This document shows positions 10,196 through 20,033 of a stretch of DNA of 64,000 nt, piece after piece (within the stretch, counting starts at the first letter, position 1; each line of letters starts with the position of its first letter). The position numbers and the translations under genes were made by a program. Below the pieces are notes generated by a model. The model was not told the DNA's origin. It saw only the letters and a program-made list of their open reading frames with translations, and made no database searches. Source of the DNA: Coleofasciculus sp. B1-GNL1-01 (GTDB taxonomy: Bacteria > Cyanobacteriota > Cyanobacteriia > Cyanobacteriales > Coleofasciculaceae); the NCBI GenBank assembly GCA_040220235.1, contig JAVJTO010000102.1; one strand, 5' to 3'.

Positions 10196-10263
10196 AAGAA
10201 ACCGGGTTTCTTGTGAGGATGACAACGCAATATCAACCTTTCACCCAAAGAAACCCGGTTTCT
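10196..10263. repeat. REP-like doublet AGAAACCGGGTTTCT ... AGAAACCCGGTTTCT
   Basis: Two palindromic units in inverted arrangement. Confidence 0.65.
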
Positions 10264-10424
10264 AGGAATGTCAATCGCCTCGCACCTCCGTAGAAACCCG
10301 GAGGCTGGAGTTGAATGGCTGCAAATCTCAGTATTTTTCCCGTAGTTTTCACAGCAACGCCACTGTAATCATAAAGTAACATCTACGACGACTAACCCGC
10401 CTGTCTTGGAGAACGCCATCAGCC

Positions 10425-10763
10425 ATGATTGATTTCGGTTTGCAATTTATTGCCCATCGCACGGGAGACTTTTTACTGCAAAATTCTTTTTTGGCATTAC
10501 GCAAGAAGAAGGATTGGCAAGTGGCTGTTTTGCATGGATTAGTCTACACGTTGCCCTTCTGTCTGTTAACCAACAAGTTAGAATCCCTGATTATTATTTG
10601 TGGCACTCATATTATTATTGATTTTTTCAATATATCCAGTTTGTGGGTTCGTACTTATAATTGGGACTGGAAAACTGAGGTTCCCCAGGTTCCGTTATGG
10701 GTAATGGTGGAAGTCGATCAAACTCTACATTACGCGATTAATTATTTTGCCTTACTCCTTTGA
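10425..10763 (+). CDS. DUF3307-like small membrane protein
   Basis: AHRTGDFLLQ, HGLVYT, HIIIDF and DQTLH His/Asp pattern. Confidence 0.8.
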   Translation: MIDFGLQFIAHRTGDFLLQNSFLALRKKKDWQVAVLHGLVYTLPFCLLTNKLESLIIICGTHIIIDFFNISSLWVRTYNWDWKTEVPQVPLWVMVEVDQTLHYAINYFALLL

Positions 10764-11199
10764 AGTCTGTTTGTTGTCTGAAACCATCTGCCATCTGCCT
10801 TGTCCCACCCATCAAAGGGGTAGTCAATCCTGATTGAGTATGAGAATGAGGCAGGGCATACCGATGACCAATGACAATCTTGTTGAAAGCTTTACAATGG
10901 ATCGACTCAACTTGTTACTATCTTTACAGATTTTCTCTTATAACAGAAGTAACAGACAAGTGGACTTAAGGGTAATGGGAACGCCCCTTCGCACTGCTTG
11001 GCTTGTACCCAGATCGCTGGGTCAAAAGCATCTAGTCAGCAAATTCCAGTAGAGATAGATTTCAGAGGCGCGAAGTATCGCGTCTCTTCTCATTGTTCGC
11101 AGCAATTTGATCCATCTCAACTAGAGGCTAGCCTTTAACGTCCGGATCAGATAGTCTGCTAAGTGTTAGTTTGATCGGAGGATAAGCAACAATCTGATT

Positions 11200-11934
11200 A
11201 TGTGTGAGACCCCGAAGCCGTTCCCTGTCATGGGACTACCTGTTCACCGACTCCAAGAGTACGATCGCTGGCTGGGTAATCGCCTTCAGCAAAACCTGGG
11301 GTGTCATGTGGTGACGTTGAATGCAGAAATGGTGATGCAGGCGGAGTGTAATCCAACTTTGGCAAGTTCAATCCGACAAGCGGAATTAGTTGTCCCGGAT
11401 GGTGCAGGTGTCATCCTTTACTTACTCCTCCACGGTATTCGACAGCAGCGTTGTCCGGGAATTGAGTTGGCAGAATCGTTACTGCGACAGGCGGGAGAAT
11501 TAGGTGAGTCTTATCCAGTTTTTTTCTATGGAGGTAAACCGGGTATTGCCCAAACAGCAGCGAAGATATGGCAAGAACAATACCCGAAACTGGCGATCGC
11601 AGGAATTGAAGATGGCTATCTGTCCCCAGACGCCGAAGAGCAACTCAAAGTCAGGTTGGAAAAAGAACAACCGCCATTAATTTTTGTCGGTTTAGGGGTT
11701 CCCCGTCAAGAGTTGTGGATTGCCCAAAATCGGCATTTGTGTCCTCAAGCGATTTGGATTGGTGTTGGCGGTAGCTTTGATATCTGGGCTGGGGTTAAAT
11801 CCCGTGCGCCTGTCTGGTTGCGGAATAATCATTTGGAATGGCTGTATCGACTCTATCAAGAACCTTGGCGCTGGCGGCGGATGATGGCGTTACCGCAGTT
11901 TGCTCTCAAAGCGATCGGACAACGTTTGGCTTAG
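11200..11934 (+). CDS. WecB/TagA/CpsF family glycosyltransferase
   Basis: VVTLNAE, VPDGAGV, VGLGVPRQE, GVGGSFD and LEWLYRLYQEPWRWRR motifs. Confidence 0.92.
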   Translation: MCETPKPFPVMGLPVHRLQEYDRWLGNRLQQNLGCHVVTLNAEMVMQAECNPTLASSIRQAELVVPDGAGVILYLLLHGIRQQRCPGIELAESLLRQAGELGESYPVFFYGGKPGIAQTAAKIWQEQYPKLAIAGIEDGYLSPDAEEQLKVRLEKEQPPLIFVGLGVPRQELWIAQNRHLCPQAIWIGVGGSFDIWAGVKSRAPVWLRNNHLEWLYRLYQEPWRWRRMMALPQFALKAIGQRLA

Positions 11935-12078
11935 TCATTTGTCTGATGTCATTCGTCATTCGTCATTTGTTAGGGAACAGGGAACAGGGAATAGGGAACA
12001 GGATAATAGGCTATAGAAATTTTGTCTCCCATCTCCCTCATCTTCCCCATCTCCCCCATCTCCCCCATCTCCCTATCC
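11935..12078. repeat. Mixed STRR / short tandem repeat tract (TCATTYG, GGGAACA, CCCCATCTC)
   Basis: Visible 7-mer and 9-mer tandem runs between convergent genes. Confidence 0.85.
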
Positions 12079-12092
12079 CTTGCAGGATTCCA

Positions 12093-13949
12093 CTAACTGT
12101 TATTACTGGATCGACGTTCTAGCCGATTTAGTACACGGGTAATCAGTTCAGCTTCCACAATGGGTTTTTTTATATAGTCATCTGCACCAACGGTAAAAAC
12201 TTGCTGCACTGTTTGTACTTCGGTATGGGCGGAGAGAAATAACACGGGCAACTTACTCCAGCGTAAGTCATGACGGACAACTTGACATAACTCAATGCCA
12301 CTATATTCCGGCATTTCTACGTCTAAAATTAGTAAGTCAGGAGATACAGCTTCTAGGACATCCCAGAAGCGTTGGGGATGTGCCAACGTGGTGACGTTTA
12401 GTCCCCAAGGTTGTAGTAAATGGCGCAGCAGGGCGAGGATTTGTGGGTCATCATCCACAACTAAGACGTTAGATTCTCCCGATTTCTGCTGATTAATCGC
12501 TTGAGTCACCGCTTGCAAAATTTCTGGGGGAGTCATGGGTTTCTGTAAAAAGGTAGCAGCGCCTAAACGGGCGGCTTTGACTCGACTGCTTAAATGATTT
12601 TGACTGGAAAAGATTAAAACGGGAATGTTGGAGTGTTGGTTAGCAAGTTCTGCTAAGAGTTCAAAGCCATTTTCTTGGGTGTCAGCAAAGGTGAGATCCA
12701 ACAAAATTACATTGGGAGGATGTAGCGCGATCGCTCGTTTGGCGGCTTGGAGATGGGGGGCGCTATCTACCTGTAATCCCCAGGCTTTTGCTTCAATTTC
12801 GATATGTTGGCTGAGGATCTGATCATCATCAATGATTAATAGTCGGGCTGGGGAAGTAGAAGCCGAGGGCAGATCACTGGCGGGGGGCGTAACCTGATCA
12901 AGGGTGGATTTGGTGGCGATCGCCTGTTGCAGGGAGTCGATTAAATGCTTTAGCTTATGGGCGTTTTGGGGCGTTGCTGGGGTTGGAGTCTGCAGAAGCT
13001 GTTCAATTTCGCGGGCGATTTTAGACCCCTCTGCACAACCAAACGATCCTAATGAACCCACTAATCGGTGGGCTTCCATTTTGGCGTTCTCACAAAGTTG
13101 TTGATTTAGGCTTCCTGTCGCCAACGTTACACTCACTTGCCTAAATACGTCTATTTTTTCCGGGAGGCTTTCTTTGAACGTTTGCCAAATTTTGGCAACC
13201 GCCGCCATAAGTTTCGCTTCAGACGTGCCATCTGCTACTTTTTCCCTGACTTGTTTGTTCTCTTGTTCCTGAATGGGTGCATCTTTGAGGCGATACCCTA
13301 AGCCGTATACTGTCTCAATTAAATTAATTTTGATCCCAGCCGCTTTTAGCTTTTGTCGCAACCCTTTAATTTGGGTGGTTACGGCTTCCTCACCGGGAAA
13401 TTCATCACTCGACCAAATGTGATCAAGGATCGCACTACGGCTAAAAATACGTCGAGGATGACGCAGGAATAGTTCTAGCAATCCGTATTCTTTGGGCGTT
13501 AGGTGTAATGATTCGCCTTTATAGGTTACTTCACCTGTATCCGGTTCTAGCCGCAGCTTCTCCCAAGTCAACACCTTGGATACCGTGGAGTTACGCCGCC
13601 GCAATAATGCTCGAATTCGCGCCATCAATTCGCACAGATCATAGGGTTTAATCACATAATCATCCGCACCTGCTTCTAATCCACGAATGCGATCGGCGCT
13701 ACTTCCTTTGGCGCTGAGGAGGAGAATCGGCATTTGAGCATCTTGATGGCGCAGTTTTTGACACAGATGAATACCATCTAGGTTTTGGGGGGTAACATCC
13801 AAGACAGCTAAGTCATAGTGAGAGGTTTGAGCGAGTTCTAATCCATTTTCAGGGTTAGTTGCGGCTTCAACGGTGTAGTGATGACTGGTGAGGGCTTCAA
13901 TTAGGGGTGAAGCTGTCGCTGGATCATCATCGACTATCAAAATCTTCAT
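12093..13949 (-). CDS. Multi-domain response regulator REC-wHTH-HPt-REC-REC (RcaC-like)
   Basis: N-terminal REC, OmpR wHTH (IETVYGLGYRL), HPt (AHRLVGSLGSFG) and two further REC domains. Confidence 0.9.
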   Translation of the reverse strand: MKILIVDDDPATASPLIEALTSHHYTVEAATNPENGLELAQTSHYDLAVLDVTPQNLDGIHLCQKLRHQDAQMPILLLSAKGSSADRIRGLEAGADDYVIKPYDLCELMARIRALLRRRNSTVSKVLTWEKLRLEPDTGEVTYKGESLHLTPKEYGLLELFLRHPRRIFSRSAILDHIWSSDEFPGEEAVTTQIKGLRQKLKAAGIKINLIETVYGLGYRLKDAPIQEQENKQVREKVADGTSEAKLMAAVAKIWQTFKESLPEKIDVFRQVSVTLATGSLNQQLCENAKMEAHRLVGSLGSFGCAEGSKIAREIEQLLQTPTPATPQNAHKLKHLIDSLQQAIATKSTLDQVTPPASDLPSASTSPARLLIIDDDQILSQHIEIEAKAWGLQVDSAPHLQAAKRAIALHPPNVILLDLTFADTQENGFELLAELANQHSNIPVLIFSSQNHLSSRVKAARLGAATFLQKPMTPPEILQAVTQAINQQKSGESNVLVVDDDPQILALLRHLLQPWGLNVTTLAHPQRFWDVLEAVSPDLLILDVEMPEYSGIELCQVVRHDLRWSKLPVLFLSAHTEVQTVQQVFTVGADDYIKKPIVEAELITRVLNRLERRSSNNS

Positions 13950-14055
13950 GGGAAACGGGAGAATGGGGAATGGGATAATTCTGTATTCCCTTTGATCTTC
14001 ACCTGTTTCTCATGGATTCTTGAATGAAACGTACATAATCCTCAATAAAATTTAA

Positions 14056-14179
14056 TAAGTAGGTGGGGACAATTAAAGTTAACGGTTGAGATTAGGGAAC
14101 AGGGAACAGGGAACAGTAAGGGTTTGAGGAACATTCACAGAACTTAACATAGTTCGCTTTATTTCCACCGACCTACTTA
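14056..14179. mobile_element. MITE-like element family A copy
   Basis: TAAGTAGGTGGGGACAATTAAAGTTAACGG...ATTTCCACCGACCTACTTA, closely similar to 5230-5360. Confidence 0.72.
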
Positions 14180-14220
14180 GTAAGGGTTTGGTGACCAAAC
14201 CCCTACTCCAAACATTAAAT

Positions 14221-15969
14221 TTAAATACATTCCTTAAACGCAACCCAACGGCTGGCGATGGGCATCCGCCAACCTGTGCCAAACGCCCGATCCGTAATCT
14301 TTAATCCGGGTGGTGCTTGGCGGCGCTTAAATTCTGCCCGCGCTACCATTCGCATCACTTTATGGACAATTTCTGGATCATGTCCGGCGTCGATGATTTG
14401 GGGGGCAGATTGATGGTCATGAATCAGACGTTGTAAGATATCATCCAAGATGTCATAAGACGGTAACGAGTCTTGGTCAGTTTGATCCGGTTTGAGTTCA
14501 GCGCTGGGAGGTTTGGCTAAGACATTCGCGGGTATAATTTCCGCTTGGATATCTGATAATTGTTCGGGGGTGACTTGGCTTTCCTGTTCTTTCGCTTTAG
14601 TGGAATTCAGCCATTGACACAGGGAATACACACGGGTTTTGGGAACATCTGCGATCGCGGCTAATCCACCGTTCATGTCCCCATAGAGAGTACAGTACCC
14701 TACCGCCATCTCTGACTTATTCCCCGTCGAGATCAGCAGATAGTCAAACTTATTCGCGATCGCCATTAACAAGTTTCCCCGAATCCGGGCTTGAATATTC
14801 TCCTCGGCTGTGCCAAATTCCGTTCCGGCAAATAGGGGTTCTAAGGTTTGGTCATACCCCTGCATCAACTCGCCAATGGGCAAGGTATGGGTTTTAATCT
14901 CTAAGTTTTTGGCTAAGGCGAGGGCATCATTAATCGAGTGTTCAGAGGTATGGGGAGATGGCATAAGCACACCGAGTACATTTTCCCTGCCTAAGGCTTC
15001 CGTGGCAAGGGCAGCAACCAGGGATGAATCAATTCCCCCACTCAACCCAATCACCACTCGTTTAAAGCCACATTTGCGGGCATAGTCTTGGATTCCTAGA
15101 ACTAAAGCAGACCAAATTTGAGCATTAGTACTTTCGGGGGCGGGTGCGATCGCACTCTTGAGTAAATCTCCTTGGACTGGATCAAAGTCTACCAGCAAAA
15201 CCTCGGTGGCAAACGCTGGGGCGCGACAAACCATTTCCCCGACGCGGTTAAATCCTACACTACTCCCATCAAAGATTAAGTCGTCATTTCCCCCCACCTG
15301 ATTGGCGTAGAGAATCGGTTGCTGGTAACGTTTAGCACTATGTTGCAACATAGCTTCCCGCAGTTGCTGCTTGCCCACACTATAGGGCGAGGCGGAGAGA
15401 TTGACGATCAAATCAACATTCTGCTGGATTAAGTCGGTAATCGGATTGAACTGATACGTGCGCTTTCCCCAAAACTCCTCATCGTTCCAGAGATCCTCGC
15501 AAATTGTCACACCAATTTTAATCGGGGTAGCTGACTCTGCCTCTAAGGTAAAGGAATTACTCTGGACTCCAGCTTCAAAATAACGGTTCTCATCAAAGAC
15601 ATCATAGGTGGGCAACAAGCGCTTATGAAACACCTGCTGCACCTTACCACCCTCCAACAGGGCAATACTATTAAATAACGGTTTACCTCCCGAACTCTCC
15701 GCTTTGGAATTCGCTGTCACTGTTCCCACTAAAACTGCTAGGCTTGAGGGTGACTGTTCGGCTAAGTTGTCCAGACAGTCTGCCATGGACTCCATAAAAC
15801 TGGGATTTAAGAGTAAATCTCGCGGCGGATACCCACAGAGGGAGAGTTCTGGCGTCAATAAGAGGCGGACACCCTGACGCGCTGCTTGATTTGCCGCATC
15901 AAGGATTTTTTGGGCATTGCTGGTTAAGTCGCCAATCGTGGGATTGAGTTGTGCGATCGCAAGTTTCAT
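14221..15969 (-). CDS. nadE: Glutamine-dependent NAD+ synthetase
   Basis: Nitrilase domain (TPELSLCGYPP, KRLLPTYDVFDE, TICEDLW) plus synthetase domain (GLSGGIDS, ENIQARIRG, TGNKSE, KPPSAEL). Alternative GTG start at 15978. Confidence 0.95.
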   Translation of the reverse strand: MKLAIAQLNPTIGDLTSNAQKILDAANQAARQGVRLLLTPELSLCGYPPRDLLLNPSFMESMADCLDNLAEQSPSSLAVLVGTVTANSKAESSGGKPLFNSIALLEGGKVQQVFHKRLLPTYDVFDENRYFEAGVQSNSFTLEAESATPIKIGVTICEDLWNDEEFWGKRTYQFNPITDLIQQNVDLIVNLSASPYSVGKQQLREAMLQHSAKRYQQPILYANQVGGNDDLIFDGSSVGFNRVGEMVCRAPAFATEVLLVDFDPVQGDLLKSAIAPAPESTNAQIWSALVLGIQDYARKCGFKRVVIGLSGGIDSSLVAALATEALGRENVLGVLMPSPHTSEHSINDALALAKNLEIKTHTLPIGELMQGYDQTLEPLFAGTEFGTAEENIQARIRGNLLMAIANKFDYLLISTGNKSEMAVGYCTLYGDMNGGLAAIADVPKTRVYSLCQWLNSTKAKEQESQVTPEQLSDIQAEIIPANVLAKPPSAELKPDQTDQDSLPSYDILDDILQRLIHDHQSAPQIIDAGHDPEIVHKVMRMVARAEFKRRQAPPGLKITDRAFGTGWRMPIASRWVAFKECI

Positions 15970-16450
15970 GGGAGACACACAATAGGCTAGCTAGGTTCAA
16001 GCTAACATGTCATTAGGGGTTAGTCATTAGTCTTTGGTCTAATAGCAAAATATAGTTGAGGTTATTTCCACCAACCTACTTAGTGAACCCGGATTCACGA
16101 TAATACGGTGTCAGTCTGGCTTTTTTCGCTTCCCTCAAACTTCCGCCACAAAATAAAATATAGACAGGCAGGTACATTGAAACAGTCTTGCCCGGGGTGG
16201 GTAAAACTCAAGTTGAATCACAGGCTTTTGCTGACCTGTCAAAACTGATGACAGGAACTTGCGGTGGCGGTAGCTGTCATGCATTGGAGTCAATGACCCT
16301 CGGTTACTCCGTTAAACCGAGGACTTGGACAAGTCAGCTTCCAACGTAAGCATTGTCTACCTCATTGAGTCTAACGTTGGACTCCCGCGAATCATGTTGA
16401 AAGTGACTGTGGCAATAGATCCCAGGATTAGATTAGGAGAACATTAAAGC

Positions 16451-17290
16451 ATGGGTGGTCTCAAACATTTTACCTACCTCGGTGGGATGACGCTAACGGT
16501 CGGGTTAGCGTTGGCTTTCACCGCACCTCAACTCAAAGCACAGTCGTTCGATATTAGTTTAGAGTTTCCTGAAGGAGAAGATATTGGTGCCCCTGAGAGG
16601 ACTGGCGGGGGAGGACAAAGAGGTATACCGAATATACCTTGTGTTACCGGAAATACAAGATTAACGGCGCTAACGCCAACGAATAATCTAATTACCACCA
16701 TATCCCCCAACCCTAAATTATTTTGGTATGTTCCCCCTACGACAGCCCAGTCAGCCGATTTTCTACTTTTGGACGAGCAAAACCAGGAAATTTATTATAC
16801 GAGGATACCCCTAACCCATAGAGCTGGTATCGTAGAACTCAAGCTTCCTGATCACATATCTCTGACAACGGAAAAACGGTATCTTTGGACATTTGCCTTG
16901 GTGTGTAATCCCGATGATCGCAGTCAGGATTATTTTGTTCGAGGCTGGATTCAGCGTCAACCCATTCAGACGGGAATCGCCCCACCCGAAGAACTGAACA
17001 CTCTTCTTGATCAACTCGTTTATGAACCCGAAGGGATCAAAAAACGTCTCCAAGACGAAGGATCTAACTATGCTCAAGAAAGGATTTGGGCAGAAACGCT
17101 GATGATTTTAGCTCGACTCTATCAGCAATTTCCCAATGACTCCGCGATCGCAGATGAGATGAAAGAATTGTTAACGTCGGTTGAGTTGGATAATATTCCA
17201 GTTAACTGTTGGGTTCACTCCTGTTCGGTTGAGACTCAAGATGCTGAGGAGACTCAAGATGCTGAGGCGATGAGAGAACTAAACGATTAA
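16451..17290 (+). CDS. DUF928 domain secreted protein
   Basis: Signal peptide, GGGQRG..C, PKLFWYVP and YLWTFALVCNPDDRS...GWIQR; 18-bp tandem duplication near the C-terminus (ETQDAE x2). Confidence 0.85.
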   Translation: MGGLKHFTYLGGMTLTVGLALAFTAPQLKAQSFDISLEFPEGEDIGAPERTGGGGQRGIPNIPCVTGNTRLTALTPTNNLITTISPNPKLFWYVPPTTAQSADFLLLDEQNQEIYYTRIPLTHRAGIVELKLPDHISLTTEKRYLWTFALVCNPDDRSQDYFVRGWIQRQPIQTGIAPPEELNTLLDQLVYEPEGIKKRLQDEGSNYAQERIWAETLMILARLYQQFPNDSAIADEMKELLTSVELDNIPVNCWVHSCSVETQDAEETQDAEAMRELND

Positions 17291-17304
17291 ATCTCTCAAA
17301 CTTA

Positions 17305-17367
17305 GTCGGGGTGGGTTTAGTCACATCAGAGTGACAACAAACGATAATGGTGAAACCCGCCCCTACA
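17305..17367. repeat. REP-like palindromic element GGGGYGGGTTT...AAACCCGCCCCTAC
   Basis: Related copies at 32431-32496, 29973-30041, 61072-61280 and 19778-19990. Confidence 0.75.
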
Positions 17368-17418
17368 GAGACGTCATGGCACATCTGGAACATTACACAC
17401 TCAAAACTCAAAACTCAG

Positions 17419-19731
17419 ATGTACAAATCCTGTAAGCGGTGGCTTTGGCAATGGCGCGGCGTTTGGATAGTTACCCCAACAGTTACGGGTTTAATCATTC
17501 TCCTGCGGTGGACTGGGATGCTGCAAACTTGGGAATGGACAGCTTATGACCAATATATGCGTTGGCGTCCCTCTGAACCCTTGGATCAGCGAATTGGAAT
17601 CGTGGGGATTGATGAGGCGGATGTGAAAAAAATTGGGCAACTTTCTCGATCTATTCTTCCCGATCAGATTTATGCCCAAGCTATTGCTAAACTCAAAACC
17701 CATAACCCTAAAGCCATTGGTCTGGATGTTTATCGGGATTTACCCGTACAACCGGGACATCAGGAATTAGTCCAAGTCTTTGAAACAACCCCCAATCTGG
17801 TGGGGATTGAGAAAGTGGTTGGCGATAAGCGCCAGGATGCTGTCGCCGCCCCCCCAGCCTTGAAAGCCAAAGGACAAGTGGGCGCTAATGATGTCATCTT
17901 TGATGCTGATACTAAAGTCCGACGGGCACTCTTACAAGTTGAAGATACCAATGGAGATGTTATTCCCAGTTTCGGATTTTATCTAGCACTTCTCTATCTT
18001 GATGCTCAAGGAATTAGCCCCAAACCAATACCAGGGGAACCCAATACCTGGCGGTTGGGAAAAAGCACGTTTTCTCGCTTCCAAAAAAATGATGGGGGTT
18101 ATGTCCGCACCGATGCTGGTGGCTACCAAATCTTATTAAATTATCGAGGGAGCAAGGAACATTTTGAAACGATCTCATTGCATGATCTTCTAGAGGATCG
18201 TATCCCTCCAGATTGGGGACGCGATCGCATTATTCTGATCGGCTTTGTCGGGGAGAGTTTCCAAGACTGGATTTTTACACCCTACAGTAGTAGTTGGTTT
18301 GCTTTGCCCGAACGCATGTCTGGGGTGGAATTACATGCTAATATTACCAGTCAAATCCTTAGTGCGGCTTTAGAAGGACGTCCCCTCATTCAAACTTGGT
18401 CTCAACGGCAAGAAAGCCTTTGGATTTTTTTCTGGTCTACTGTAGGCGCTATTGTAACCTGGCAGGGACGCTATCAGAAGAAAAGGCGACGGGTATCTGT
18501 GCAACGATTTTTGAGGCTGATCCTGGCAGGGGGTGTCCTGTTGGCTAGTACTTATGGGGCGTTTTTAATTGGGTGGTGGATTCCTGTCGTTCCGCCTCTT
18601 TTGGCTTTATCGGGTTCAGTGGTGGCGATTACCAGTTATCTTGCCCATCAAGGGAGTAAAATCCGCGAAACCTTTGGACGTTATCTCACCAATGAAGTTG
18701 TGGCGAATGTTTTAGAAAATCCTGAAGGGGCTAAATTAGGTGGTGAACGGCGCACGATTACTATCTTAACGTCAGATTTAAGAGGGTTTACTGCCCTGAC
18801 TGAACGTTTAATGCCAGAAGAAGTGGTGAATATTCTCAACTTTTATTTTGGCACGATGACGGATGTGATTACTCAATACCAAGGAACAATTGATGAATTT
18901 CTTGGGGATGGAATTTTGGTTTTGTTTGGTGCGCCGACGCTTCGTGAAGATGACGCCCAACGTGCGATCGCTTGTGCCGTGGCGATGCAGTTGGCGATGA
19001 CATCGGTCAATGAACGCATGAAACATCTGGGTTTACCTCCGTTGACTATGGGCATTGGGATTAATACGGGAGATGTTGTAGTCGGAAATATTGGGTCATC
19101 GAAACGAACAAAATATGGAGTAGTGGGTTCTCAGGTTAATTTAGCCTATCGCATCGAATCCTATACGACAGACAGTCAAATTTTTATCTCTCAGTCTACT
19201 CTAAATGCTGCGGGAACTTGGGTGAGAATTGATGGCAAGATACGGGTTCAACCTAAAGGATTACCCGAACCTATTCCCATTTATCAAGTGGGAGGAATTG
19301 GCAAACCTTACTACTTGTTTTTAGCTAAACCTGACGAGCATTTTCTGCCGTTGGTTGAGCCTATTCGTTTACATTACACTTTTTTGGAAGGTAAGCATGT
19401 CAGTGATCTGTTTTTTCGGGGGAGTTTAGTAAAACTGTCTGCCAAAGGTGGCGAAATCCGCTCAGAACAAGTCATGACTCCTTTGACAAATATAAAAATA
19501 AATTTACAGGTTGATGATCGGTTAATCTCAGTAAGTGAAGATATTTATGCCAAAGTGTTAGATCAGCCCAGCGATGAGCATTCGTTTTATATTCACTTCA
19601 CTTTTTTGCCGCCGAATGTAGAAGCGATGTTATCTAATTGCTATAAGTTACTGCGTCAACTTCAGGACGAAAGTTCGGAACCGGAAACAGGGAACAGAGA
19701 ACAGGACAATAAAAGTTCTTCTATTTTATGA
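17419..19731 (+). CDS. CHASE2-domain class III nucleotidyl cyclase (Cya2-like, probable guanylate cyclase)
   Basis: CHASE2 (IGIVGIDEAD, AIGLDVYRD, GVELHAN), TM helices and cyclase domain (SDLRGFT, IDEFLGDGIL, GSQVNLAYRIES). The longer ORF start lies inside a REP element, so ATG 17419 is preferred. Confidence 0.88.
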   Translation: MYKSCKRWLWQWRGVWIVTPTVTGLIILLRWTGMLQTWEWTAYDQYMRWRPSEPLDQRIGIVGIDEADVKKIGQLSRSILPDQIYAQAIAKLKTHNPKAIGLDVYRDLPVQPGHQELVQVFETTPNLVGIEKVVGDKRQDAVAAPPALKAKGQVGANDVIFDADTKVRRALLQVEDTNGDVIPSFGFYLALLYLDAQGISPKPIPGEPNTWRLGKSTFSRFQKNDGGYVRTDAGGYQILLNYRGSKEHFETISLHDLLEDRIPPDWGRDRIILIGFVGESFQDWIFTPYSSSWFALPERMSGVELHANITSQILSAALEGRPLIQTWSQRQESLWIFFWSTVGAIVTWQGRYQKKRRRVSVQRFLRLILAGGVLLASTYGAFLIGWWIPVVPPLLALSGSVVAITSYLAHQGSKIRETFGRYLTNEVVANVLENPEGAKLGGERRTITILTSDLRGFTALTERLMPEEVVNILNFYFGTMTDVITQYQGTIDEFLGDGILVLFGAPTLREDDAQRAIACAVAMQLAMTSVNERMKHLGLPPLTMGIGINTGDVVVGNIGSSKRTKYGVVGSQVNLAYRIESYTTDSQIFISQSTLNAAGTWVRIDGKIRVQPKGLPEPIPIYQVGGIGKPYYLFLAKPDEHFLPLVEPIRLHYTFLEGKHVSDLFFRGSLVKLSAKGGEIRSEQVMTPLTNIKINLQVDDRLISVSEDIYAKVLDQPSDEHSFYIHFTFLPPNVEAMLSNCYKLLRQLQDESSEPETGNREQDNKSSSIL

Positions 19732-19806
19732 CTTATGAATGAGGGTGAGTTGAGTTTCTCCGTTATTGGTAACAAGCAAGGGCGGGTTTTGTTGTTCAGT
19801 TGTTGG

Positions 19807-19934
19807 TAAGCTGTTCGGCATTTAAACCTTAATATCAATAACGGCGAAAGCCTTGTAGTGCGTTTAGCGAAGCCATGCCGCAGGCTTTGCATCTTGCTCG
19901 CTACTAATACCCAATTTAAATGCATGACAGCTTA
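19807..19934. mobile_element. MITE-like element family B (128 bp; ends TAAGCTGT..GCATTTAAA / TTTAAATGC..ACAGCTTA)
   Basis: Near-identical copy at 30394-30521 and a solo end at 41057-41092. Confidence 0.8.
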
Positions 19935-20033
19935 ACAAGCTTGCTTTAGTGGCTAAACCCGCCCCTACAGTGGCTAAACCCGCCCCTACAGTGTTACTCT
20001 TTCCCTTCTGCCCTCTGCCTTATTTCCAGCAAA

